Assembly: GCA_032119795.1 (NCBI GenBank)
Contig: JAUMFO010000025.1
Coordinates: forward strand, 4,334 to 68,333
Origin: Solirubrobacteraceae bacterium
GTDB lineage: Bacteria > Actinomycetota > Thermoleophilia > Solirubrobacterales > Solirubrobacteraceae
Direction of reading: 5' to 3'
DNA length: 64,000 nucleotides
Within the stretch, counting starts at the first letter, position 1. Each line of letters opens with the position of its first letter. The notes beneath the pieces were generated by a model. The model worked only from the letters and a program-made list of their open reading frames with translations, was not told the origin of the DNA and did no database searches. Shown here piece by piece: positions 56,024-64,000 of this stretch. Made by a program: the position numbers and the translations under genes.

Positions 56024-57515
56024 CTACTCGGCGCGGATGACCGGTCCGGCGACGCCAAGCGCCACCACCCGGTAACGAGTGCCGATCGGGACCAGCGACG
56101 TCCAGCGGCCGGTCTCGTCGGCACGGACGCGAATCGACGTCCGCCAGCGCTTCCCCTCGCGCACCTGGAGGCGAACGACGCGCCCGCCACCCTCAGGCCA
56201 CACGCGCCCGCGAGCTGTGCCGTAGCCGGGCGGCTGCGCAATCACCTGGGCAAGGATCCCGGCGCCGATGCTCGGGAACCCGAGCGCCGACCTCGGCGCG
56301 ACCACGCCGCCGCTCGGCGGGCCGGCTGGTGTGGGCGCCTCGGCGGGCGGATCAGGCAGCGGCTTCGTGCTGGCACCGGAGAAGACGAACTGCACCCAGG
56401 TGTCGTTCAGGCCCAGGCGGGCGCGCAGCTGCGGCCCCGTGACGCTGGTGCGGCCCTTGCTGCCGATGATGTCGGCGCGAACCACCCGCGGAGACACCCC
56501 GCGCTTGATCACGTCGATCGATTTCAGCGTGCCTTTGACCCAGCCACCGAGCTTCTTCTGCAACCCAGCCCGGGTGTACTTGATCTGCCAGCGGTGGCGA
56601 GGCGAGGCCTTGTCCCACGGGTCATCGACGCTCTTGAGGTACGGCTGGGGCGTCGCGCCGATGAACGAGTTCTCGACGTTCTCCGTGCGCCCGCCGCTGG
56701 TCGAGAAGAAGAACGCGGTGATCGGCTTGCCGTTGTAGGTCACGTACTGGCCGGCGGTCGCGGTGACGGCGGCGTTCGTGGTGGTCGTCTCGCCTGTCAC
56801 GCCGCTGTAGACCTGGCTGCGGGTGTCCGGGTACAGGTCGAAGTCGCCGGTGCGAGTCGACGTGACGCCGTACGTGCGGGCGGCCACGGCCTGCGCCTGG
56901 AGTGCCGCAGCCGGCCAGGACGAGGGGCTCTCGCCCGCGACGACGCCGCGCACGTAGTCGTCGACGGAGAGCTGGTTGATGACCTGGCCGCTGCGCAGCT
57001 CAATCGCCCCGCGATAGCGACCACTCGTGACGCCGTTGATCGCCGATCCGGCGACCAGGATCGAGCCACCGGCCGGCGCGGCGACGCGCATCGCGCCAGC
57101 GACCGAAGCGATCTTCTTGCCGCGAGAAGACGTGAGCACGGTCGAGCCGCCCGAGGACTTCATCACGTAGGTCGCGCTCGACGAGAGCCCGCGCGAGCTG
57201 CCGACCAAGGCCGACGCGCCGCTGATGCGCACCGACGTGGAGTTCCTGAGCAGCACCCGCACCGTCTTGTTCACGTCGCCTTTGGCAACGACGGTGCCGC
57301 GGTAGTAGTGGGTGAGGATCTGGTTGGCTGTACGGCCCGCCTTGGCTTGGCCGTAGGCGCCGTACTGACTCATCCCGACGCCGTGACCGAAGCCCGCGCC
57401 TTTGGCGGTCACCGTGGTGGCGGCCTGGGCGGCCGTGGGGAGGCTGACGGTCGCCGCCAGGATGGCGGCGGCAGTGCGCGCAAGGAGCTGAGAGGCGGAG
57501 GGCAAGAGGAGCGTG
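56024..57515 (-). CDS. SpoIID/LytB-domain protein (peptidoglycan-associated)
   Basis: GFGHGVGMSQYGAYGQAKAGRTANQILTHYYRGT, and later VVAGESPSSWPAAALQAQAVAARTY. The signal peptide ends AAQA. The start is uncertain (TTG at 57515 proposed). The track N-terminal extension to 58072 is shadow. Confidence 0.8.
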
Positions 57516-57784
57516 GTGGTTGGCGGCGCGGTCAGGTGGGGGAAACTCAGAGCACGGGGCGCTTGACCGAAAGAAACCCCTGAGAAGAAGATCGGTTGCG
57601 GTGCGCGTTGACTGGAGCGCCCGGTCGGGCGCGGACACGCCACATCTGGGCTTCGGGGCACTCGCGACACGCCCTGCCGGGGAACGCCGATGAACGAAAC
57701 CCTGCCGGATCGCAGACTGCGGCGCGCCACTGCCCCCGTTCTGTCAGGCGCACATCCGGCACCACGCGGGGTAGCGTGAGCGCC

Positions 57785-59266
57785 ATGACCGCGTCCACTT
57801 CCAGCCTCACCGCCCACGAGCGCGACGTGCTCGCCGGCGTCCCTACCGATCTGCTCATCGGCGGGACGTGGCGAGCGGCGACCGGCGGCGGCACCGTCGG
57901 CGTGGAAGATCCCGCGACCGGCCTCGAGATTGCCCGCGTCGCCGACGCCACGCCGCAGGACGCCATGGCCGCCCTGGACGCCGCCGCTGCGGGGCAGGAG
58001 GCGATGGCCGCACTGTCTCCTCGGCAGCGCAGCACGATCCTGCAGAAGGCCGCCGACCTGATCACCGAGCACACCGAGGAGCTGGCCCTGCTCATGACGC
58101 TCGAGCTCGGCAAGCCGCTGGCGGAGTCACGCGGCGAAGTGGCCTATGGCGCGAGCTTCTTCTGGTGGTTCTCCGGGGAGGCCGTGCGCTTCAAGGGCGA
58201 GTTCAAGACCAGTTCCGACGGCACCGCCCGCACGCTGGTCTCGCGCCAGCCCGTCGGCCCGTCGCTGTTCATCACCCCGTGGAACTTCCCGCTTGCCATG
58301 GGCGCCCGCAAGCTCGCTCCGGCGATCGCTGCCGGATGCACGAGCATCGTGAAGCCCGCCAAGCTCACGCCCCTGACGATGCTCAAGCTCGGCCAACTCC
58401 TCCAGGAAGCCGGCCTCCCCGACGGCGCCGTGAACATCATCACCGCATCATCCGCCGGCAAGACCACCGGGCCGCTGATCGAGGACCGTCGACTCAAGAA
58501 GCTCAGCTTCACCGGGTCGACGGAGGTCGGCCAGAAGCTCGTCGAGGCGGCCGCCGGCAACCTGCTGCGCGTCTCCATGGAACTTGGCGGTAACGCCCCG
58601 CTCATCGTGTTTGACGACGCCGACCTCGACGTTGCCGTCGAGGGCGCCTACCTCGCCAAGATGCGCAACGGCGGCGAGGCATGCACCTCAGCGAACCGCA
58701 TCCTCGTGCAGGCCGGGATCGCGGACGCATTCACGAAAGCGTTCACCGCCAAGATGGCGGCCGTCAAGGTCGGTCGCGGTACCGAGGACGGCGTCACCCT
58801 GGGCTCGATGGTCGATCAGGATCAGGTCGACAAGATCGGCGAGCTCGTCGACGACGCCACGAGCAAAGGCGCGAAGATCGCCTGCGGCGGCGAGCGAGTC
58901 GGCACCACCGGCTACTTCTACGCCGCAACGGTCCTCACGGACGTCCCCGACGACGCCCGCCTGCTCAAGGAGGAGATCTTCGGCCCGGTCGCTCCGATCC
59001 GCGTGTTCGAGCATGAGGCCGACGCCGTCGCCGAGGCCAACGCCACCGAGTACGGCCTGATCTCGTACCTCTTTACCCAAGATCTCGCGCGCGGCCACCG
59101 CGTCGCCGCCGCCCTGGAGAGCGGCATGGTCGGCCTCAACCGTGGGGTGATCTCGTCGGCCGACGCGCCGTTTGGCGGCATCAAGCACTCCGGCTACGGC
59201 CGCGAAGGTGGTGCCGAGGGGATCGAGGAGTACCTCGAGACGAAGTACCTGTCGATGCCGGCGTAG
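57785..59266 (+). CDS. gabD: NAD(P)+-dependent succinate-semialdehyde dehydrogenase
   Basis: ATG at 57785. ITPWNFP, FTGST.VG, MELGGNAP, GEACTSANR (catalytic Cys), EEIFGPV. Confidence 0.9.
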   Translation: MTASTSSLTAHERDVLAGVPTDLLIGGTWRAATGGGTVGVEDPATGLEIARVADATPQDAMAALDAAAAGQEAMAALSPRQRSTILQKAADLITEHTEELALLMTLELGKPLAESRGEVAYGASFFWWFSGEAVRFKGEFKTSSDGTARTLVSRQPVGPSLFITPWNFPLAMGARKLAPAIAAGCTSIVKPAKLTPLTMLKLGQLLQEAGLPDGAVNIITASSAGKTTGPLIEDRRLKKLSFTGSTEVGQKLVEAAAGNLLRVSMELGGNAPLIVFDDADLDVAVEGAYLAKMRNGGEACTSANRILVQAGIADAFTKAFTAKMAAVKVGRGTEDGVTLGSMVDQDQVDKIGELVDDATSKGAKIACGGERVGTTGYFYAATVLTDVPDDARLLKEEIFGPVAPIRVFEHEADAVAEANATEYGLISYLFTQDLARGHRVAAALESGMVGLNRGVISSADAPFGGIKHSGYGREGGAEGIEEYLETKYLSMPA

Positions 59267-59402
59267 CCGGGGTCGAACTGGCTTCGGCTCGAGGTACTTG
59301 GGGTCGTCTTCTGTGAACGGCGCTGGAGCTGGTCGGCGGCGGTGGAACCCGACCGGACCCTCCGGGCGCTTCAGCGCTTGCGGCCGGAGCGGATCCAGGG
59401 CA

Positions 59403-59585
59403 TTAGGCGCCCTGGCGACCGGCGCGCCGGTCGACCACGGAAATCTGCGGCGCGGAGGCCGTGAGCCACGGGTAGCCGCCGCGCTCGAAGGGCACGATCC
59501 AGGCCTCGCCACCGAGCACCGGCGCCGGAGCGGCCTCGCGGCGGCGCGAGGCGGTCGAAGCGGCGGGGGTGGCAGTCACGGTCAT
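59403..59585 (-). CDS. candidate small ORF (60 aa), hypothetical
   Basis: MTVTATPAASTASRRREAAPAPVLGGEAWIVPFERGGYPWLTASAPQISVVDRRAGRQGA. Codon position 3 is nearly all G/C. No Shine-Dalgarno and no family recognised. Confidence 0.35.
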   Translation of the reverse strand: MTVTATPAASTASRRREAAPAPVLGGEAWIVPFERGGYPWLTASAPQISVVDRRAGRQGA

Positions 59586-59700
59586 AGCAAAGACAGATTC
59601 GCGCCGGCCTCGGCGTTCCCTCCAAGGCTGCGGACCGACGGGGGACGGAGCCAGGGGCGCCTGCACCCGAACGTCGAATTGAATGCGACTCAAAAAAGTA

Positions 59701-59730
59701 GTTGACGGACGTCACACAGGCTTGGTTTAC
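59701..59730 (+). promoter_or_regulatory. candidate sigma-70-type promoter for lipase 1
   Basis: TTGACG - 18 nt - TTTACT, preceded by an A-tract (ctcaaaaaagtag). Weak -10. Confidence 0.3.
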
Positions 59731-59803
59731 TGCAGCAACCACCGCAACCAGCAAGTTTCTGGAGCGGTGCACTGTCCCCATACTTTCCGAAGGACCTGTC
59801 CCC

Positions 59804-60721
59804 GTGTTCCTGAAGTCCATGCGAGCCCGTGCGCTCGCCGTCACCGCGCTGGGCGCCTCCGCCCTTGCCATGGCTCCGGCCGCGAACGCGGCCAGCGGCC
59901 CATCCCAGCAGAGCTTCATCGGTGCATTCACCTACTCGATCGCCAACGGCGCACAGGATGCCCCAGGCGCCAACGACTGGTCCTGCAAGCCCCGCACCGG
60001 CCAGCTGCCGGTCGTTCTCGTCCACGGCACATGGGAGAACGCCTACGCAAACTGGGCATACATGGCACCGCAGCTCAAAACCGCTGGCCTCTGCGTCTAC
60101 GCGCTGAACTACGGCGGCAACACCGGGCTCAACGGCACCGGCTCCGTGAAGGCAGCCGGCGGCGAGCTCAACACGTTCGTCGACAAGGTGCTCGCCTCCA
60201 CCGGCGCCGCCGAGGTCGACATCGTCGGCCACTCGCAGGGCGGCATGATGCCCCGCTCCTACCTCAAGGACTACGGCGCTGCCGGCAAGGTCCGCAACCT
60301 CGTGAGCCTCGGCGCCACCCACAAGGGCACCACCCTCCTGGGCATCGGCACCCTCGGCCGCGAGCTACAGGTCCTCGGCGCCGTCGGCGCCGTCGCCGGG
60401 CAGGCCGCAGCCGACCAAGTCGAGGGCTCGGCGTTCATGAAGAGCCTCAACGCCAACGGCATGACGGTCGCCGGCGTGCGCTACACCGCCATCGCCACGA
60501 AGTACGACGAGGTCACGACGCCCTACCAGAACGGCTACATCTCAGACAACCGTGCCCGGGCCGAGGTCTACAACATCCAGCTCCAGGGCAACTGCGGCAC
60601 CAACTACGCCGACCACCTGTCGATGAGCTACAGCGCTCGGGCCTTCTGGTACGTGCGCCAGGCCCTGAACTTGGCGCGCCCCAAGACGCCCATCTGCGAC
60701 GTGCAGCTCCCGGTCTTCTAA
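59804..60721 (+). CDS. secreted lipase/esterase, alpha/beta hydrolase (paralog 1)
   Basis: [29 protein letters not shown] signal. [24 protein letters not shown]. The GTG at 59804 aligns with the ATG of paralog 2. Confidence 0.8.
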   Translation: MFLKSMRARALAVTALGASALAMAPAANAASGPSQQSFIGAFTYSIANGAQDAPGANDWSCKPRTGQLPVVLVHGTWENAYANWAYMAPQLKTAGLCVYALNYGGNTGLNGTGSVKAAGGELNTFVDKVLASTGAAEVDIVGHSQGGMMPRSYLKDYGAAGKVRNLVSLGATHKGTTLLGIGTLGRELQVLGAVGAVAGQAAADQVEGSAFMKSLNANGMTVAGVRYTAIATKYDEVTTPYQNGYISDNRARAEVYNIQLQGNCGTNYADHLSMSYSARAFWYVRQALNLARPKTPICDVQLPVF

Positions 60722-60818
60722 GGACGAGCCCAACCAATCTCGCCGCTGCCGCCGCACTCCGGCTGCGGCAGCGGCGTTCACGCTCAGCGGCTGAGAGACC
60801 CGCTGTGGGACACGCGAA

Positions 60819-60846
60819 GGGCGGCCGAAAGGCCGCCCTTTTTGTG
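60819..60846 (+). terminator. rho-independent terminator after lipase 1
   Basis: gggcggcc-gaaa-ggccgccc followed by tttttgtgt. Confidence 0.8.
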
Positions 60847-61004
60847 TACCTCCAGTTACCGCGCACAAAATTGAACCCGCCTCGAAAAACATCATTGGAG
60901 CGTCGTCACACAAGCGCTACGGTCATGGCGCGCCGCGTCTTGTCCATGACGCTTCGGCGCCTGTCCGATCCACCCCCTCCGCTCCCTCGAGAGGTCCTGT
61001 CCCG

Positions 61005-61931
61005 ATGTTCTTCAAGTCCATGCGAGCCCGCGCGCTCGCCGTCACCGCAGTCGGCGCCAGCGCCCTGGCGATGGCCCCCGCCGCCCAAGCCGCCACCGGC
61101 CCGTACCAAGCGTCGTTCATGGGTGCCTTCACGCACCAGCTGATCAGCGACAAGAACCTCGACCCGCAAGGCGTCAACAACTGGAGCTGCAATGTCGCCG
61201 GCCGCCCGCCGGTCGTGCTGGTGCACGGCACCTGGGAGAGCAAGTACTCCAACTTCGCCTACATGGCCCCGAAGCTGAAGGGCAGCGGCGCCTGCGTCTT
61301 CACCTTCAACTACGGCGCCACGAACCCCATCCTGCCGCTCTACGGCACCGAAGAGATCAAGGACTCCGGCCGTGAACTCGGCGTGTTCGTAGACCAGGTG
61401 CTTGCCGCCACCGGCGCGGCCAAGGTCGACATCGTCGGCCACTCCCAGGGCGGCATGATGCCCCGCGCCTACGTCAAGTACTGGGGCGGCGCCAGCAAGG
61501 TCAAGAACATCGTCAGCATGGGCGGCACGCAGAACGGCACCACGCTGCTCGGCATCGGCACCCTCGGCCGCCAGCTCGGCGTCCTCGCCGGCGTCGGCCT
61601 CGTGCTCGGCCAGGCTGCAGCCGACCAGGTCCAGGGCTCGGCGTTCATGACCGCGCTCAACCAGGGCGGCCAGACCGTCGCCGGCATCCGCTACACGAAC
61701 ATCACGACCCGGTACGACGAGGTCACGACGCCGTACCAGAACGGCTACATCACGAACAACCCCGCCGGGGCGTACGTCGCGAACATCAACCTGCAGAACA
61801 ACTGCGGGACGAACTTCGCCGACCACCTCTCGATGACCTACAGCGCTCGCACGCTCTGGTACGTCAAGAACGCCCTTGGCCTCCCGAACCCGGTCAACGC
61901 CACCTGCGACGTGCAGCTGCCCGTCTTCTAG
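61005..61931 (+). CDS. secreted lipase/esterase, alpha/beta hydrolase (paralog 2)
   Basis: [53 protein letters not shown], and C-terminal CDVQLPVF identical to paralog 1. Confidence 0.8.
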   Translation: MFFKSMRARALAVTAVGASALAMAPAAQAATGPYQASFMGAFTHQLISDKNLDPQGVNNWSCNVAGRPPVVLVHGTWESKYSNFAYMAPKLKGSGACVFTFNYGATNPILPLYGTEEIKDSGRELGVFVDQVLAATGAAKVDIVGHSQGGMMPRAYVKYWGGASKVKNIVSMGGTQNGTTLLGIGTLGRQLGVLAGVGLVLGQAAADQVQGSAFMTALNQGGQTVAGIRYTNITTRYDEVTTPYQNGYITNNPAGAYVANINLQNNCGTNFADHLSMTYSARTLWYVKNALGLPNPVNATCDVQLPVF

Positions 61932-61962
61932 ACCACAGCCACGCGTAGACGCACTTGCGTAT

Positions 61963-61990
61963 GAAGGGGCGGCCTCCGGGTCGCCCCTTC
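61963..61990. terminator. hairpin between convergent lipase 2 and ligase genes
   Basis: gaaggggcg-gcctccgggt-cgccccttc, 9-bp stem. Confidence 0.5.
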
Positions 61991-61996
61991 GGCGTT

Positions 61997-63016
61997 CTAC
62001 TGGTCGAGCTGGTCGACGGTGCACTCCGCCGGCGGTTTGTCGTCGCGCCAGCGCAGGAGCTTGGCCCCGTGGCGGATCCGCCCGGCGCTCACCTGATCGA
62101 AGCTCACCTCGATGACCAGCTCCGGCCGCAGCGCGACCCAGGCCAGCTCCTCGTCGGGACGCCAGCGACTCGGGTCGGCGCTCCCGGACTGGCCGGTCTC
62201 GTAGGGGCGCAGCGTCTCAACGAGTTCGCGCTTCTCCTTCGCCTTGAGGCCGCTGGTGTGGCCGACGACCCGCAGCTCGCCGCCCTCCCCGTAGAGCCCG
62301 AGCATCAGCGACCCGACGGTGCCCTCCTCCTTGCCCGTGCGGTAGCCAGCGATCACGGCGTCGATCGTGCGCTGGCGCTTGATCTTCAGCATCGCCTTGC
62401 GTTCACCCGGCAGGTACGGCGAGGAAAGGTCCTTGGCGACGACGCCCTCGCCGCGACCCGTCAGCCACTGCTTCGCCGCCTCGGGTTCGAAGACGGTTGG
62501 CGTCAGCGAGAGCGTCGTGCCGGCAGAGAATGTCCCCGTGACCGGTCCATCGTCGGCATGGGTGACCGACCCCGGCTCGACACCAAACAGCACCTCGAGC
62601 GCGCCGCGCCGATCGGCAAACGGCCGCGACATGAGGTCCGCGTCGTCGAGCGCCAGCAGATCAAATGCGACGTACCGCGCCGGCGTCTCCATGGAGAGCC
62701 GCTCGATCCGCGACGCGGCCGGGTGAATCCGCTGGCTGAGCGCGTCGAAGTCCTCCGACTCGGCGGCGCCCGAGGCGGCGTCGATGATGATCTCGCCGTC
62801 GAGGACGTAGCGGCCCTCGGGGAACGTCAGCTCCGGGAAGTACCGCTCCAAAGGCTTGCCGCCGCGCGAGAGCAGGTGCACCGCGCCGCCATCGACGAAC
62901 GCAATCGCGCGGAAGCCGTCGAGCTTGGGCTCAAAGCTCCACCCACCGTCGGTCGGGAGTGACGCGCGACCCCGCGCAAGTTGCGGCGCCAGCGGCGGCT
63001 GGACGGGGAGCGTCAT
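61997..63016 (-). CDS. ATP-dependent DNA ligase (LigC-like, stand-alone ligase domain)
   Basis: Motif I EPKLDGFR. ATG at 63016 (MTLPVQPPLAPQLARG). C-terminal OB-like region GRIRHGAKLLRWRDDKP. Confidence 0.85.
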   Translation of the reverse strand: MTLPVQPPLAPQLARGRASLPTDGGWSFEPKLDGFRAIAFVDGGAVHLLSRGGKPLERYFPELTFPEGRYVLDGEIIIDAASGAAESEDFDALSQRIHPAASRIERLSMETPARYVAFDLLALDDADLMSRPFADRRGALEVLFGVEPGSVTHADDGPVTGTFSAGTTLSLTPTVFEPEAAKQWLTGRGEGVVAKDLSSPYLPGERKAMLKIKRQRTIDAVIAGYRTGKEEGTVGSLMLGLYGEGGELRVVGHTSGLKAKEKRELVETLRPYETGQSGSADPSRWRPDEELAWVALRPELVIEVSFDQVSAGRIRHGAKLLRWRDDKPPAECTVDQLDQ

Positions 63017-63249
63017 GCGTGCGGCCTTCCAAACGAGCGCGACATGGCCTGAGCGTATCCAGACCGCATTCCACCTCGACGCCGAGCGCCCACCGGAGTA
63101 CGGTGCGTCAACGCGAGTCGTCCCGCTGGCGTGAACCATGGCACCACACTCGTTCATACGCGCCTCCTGCTGGAATCGCGCTTACCGGACTTCCTAATGT
63201 CTGTGCTTTGCGTCACAATGGAGCGGTCCCAACGTTTCCAAGGAGTTCG

Positions 63250-64000
63250 GTGCGCCTGTCCCTGCCCCGACTGCTGACGGTGCTGCTCATCGGTAGCGCT
63301 GCCATCCTCTCGATCCCATCGAGCGCTTCGGCGCGACAGAACGCCCCGCTGACCAACAGCGCGTGGGCGGCCCTCTGGGCAACGGTGTTGCAGCCTGCTG
63401 CGTCGCCAGTTGGCGCCAACAATTGGCAGTGCAAGCCGTCGGCGGCCCACCCACGCCCCGTGATCCTGCTGCACGGCACCTACGCCAACATGTCGGCGAA
63501 CTTCTCCAACTTCGCCCTGCCGCTCAAACGCGAGGGGTACTGCGTCTTCGCGCGCAACTACGGCTCCTACCCGTACGGGCTTGGCGTGTTTCCGGCGATC
63601 AAGGGCCTGGCCGCGATCCGCTCGTCCTCGCGTGAGCTGCGTGATTACGTCGATCGGGTCCTGCGGGAGACGGGCGCCAAGCAGGTCGATCTCGTCGGCT
63701 ATTCCCAAGGCGGCCTTGTGGCCCGCGCCTACCTGAAGTGGGACGGCGGCACGAACCCCGCCGACCCCTCGCAGAACAAGGTCCACTCGCTCATCGGCCT
63801 TGCGTCGGCCAACCAGGGCGGCACCGCCTTCGGCCTCACGCAGATGGTCCGCTGGTTCCAGAAGTGGAAGCAGGTGCGAGACATCTGGGGGCCGTCCTCG
63901 GTTGACCTCACGGAGGGCTCACCCTTCCTCCATGCGATCAACGACACCAGCCAGACCGAGCCTGGCGTGCAGTACACGATGATCAGCACCGCGCTCGACC
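63250..64000 (+). CDS. secreted lipase/esterase, alpha/beta hydrolase (paralog 3, 3' end beyond window)
   Basis: Not in the track because there is no stop in the window. GTG at 63250 with AGGAG 4 nt upstream. VRLSLPRLLTVLLIGSAAILSIPSSASA, VILLHGTYAN, VDLVGYSQGGLVAR. Confidence 0.75.
   Translation, partial: MRLSLPRLLTVLLIGSAAILSIPSSASARQNAPLTNSAWAALWATVLQPAASPVGANNWQCKPSAAHPRPVILLHGTYANMSANFSNFALPLKREGYCVFARNYGSYPYGLGVFPAIKGLAAIRSSSRELRDYVDRVLRETGAKQVDLVGYSQGGLVARAYLKWDGGTNPADPSQNKVHSLIGLASANQGGTAFGLTQMVRWFQKWKQVRDIWGPSSVDLTEGSPFLHAINDTSQTEPGVQYTMISTALD

Noticed and set aside
55856-57583. 575-aa plus-strand ORF opposite the SpoIID gene (and similar shadows 7279..8061, 14171..15139, 14845..16107, 28102..29631, 33250..34743, 34837..36081, 47758..48894, 60906..62024)
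   Set aside because: These are antisense frames of well-supported genes. They have an R/G/A/D/E-rich composition and no recognisable motifs, which is the typical high-GC shadow-ORF phenomenon.

Overview
This is a 64-kb window of a very G+C-rich, actinobacterium-like chromosome. The family mix (DUF3107, DUF3089, RarA/HolB, Tat lipoproteins) suggests Actinomycetota, possibly a Thermoleophilia/Solirubrobacterales-like lineage; that is inference only and no search was run. I can support about 60 protein genes and one tRNA-Thr(CGU). I found no rRNA, CRISPR array, transposase, integrase or recognisable defence or secretion machinery.

Gene content:
- Housekeeping genes: an FtsH-like protease, holB, rarA, ychF, a 5'-3' exonuclease, an ATP-dependent DNA ligase and an ABC1/UbiB kinase.
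- A scattered amine-catabolism theme: a Tat-exported flavin amine oxidase; a GntR regulator, APC permease and copper/TPQ amine oxidase; and gabD.
- A GGDEF-EAL gene flanked by two paralogous TetR regulators.
- A tightly packed envelope operon: helical-repeat protein, RDD, flippase-like protein, AI-2E transporter, YhgE/Pip.
- Several tandem paralog arrays: 3x AIM24, 2x DUF3089, 3x secreted lipase, 2x TSP3-motif secreted proteins.

The least explained object is non-coding. It is a degenerate palindrome of about 770 bp (37604-38375) inside an 850-bp ORF-free gap. It carries mirrored arrays of a TTGGCGGCG core, three GCAACC-N6/7-GGTTGC palindromes and a perfect 13-bp-stem hairpin.

Other items worth a second look:
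- a protein built from at least 23 in-register decapeptide repeats;
- the TSP3-motif paralog pair coupled to an ABC-2 exporter;
- two or three unannotated micro-ORFs;
- several candidate operators.

Many long track ORFs are antisense or out-of-frame shadows typical of high-GC DNA and were rejected. All start codons are by-eye calls, and family assignments come from remembered motifs, not database searches.
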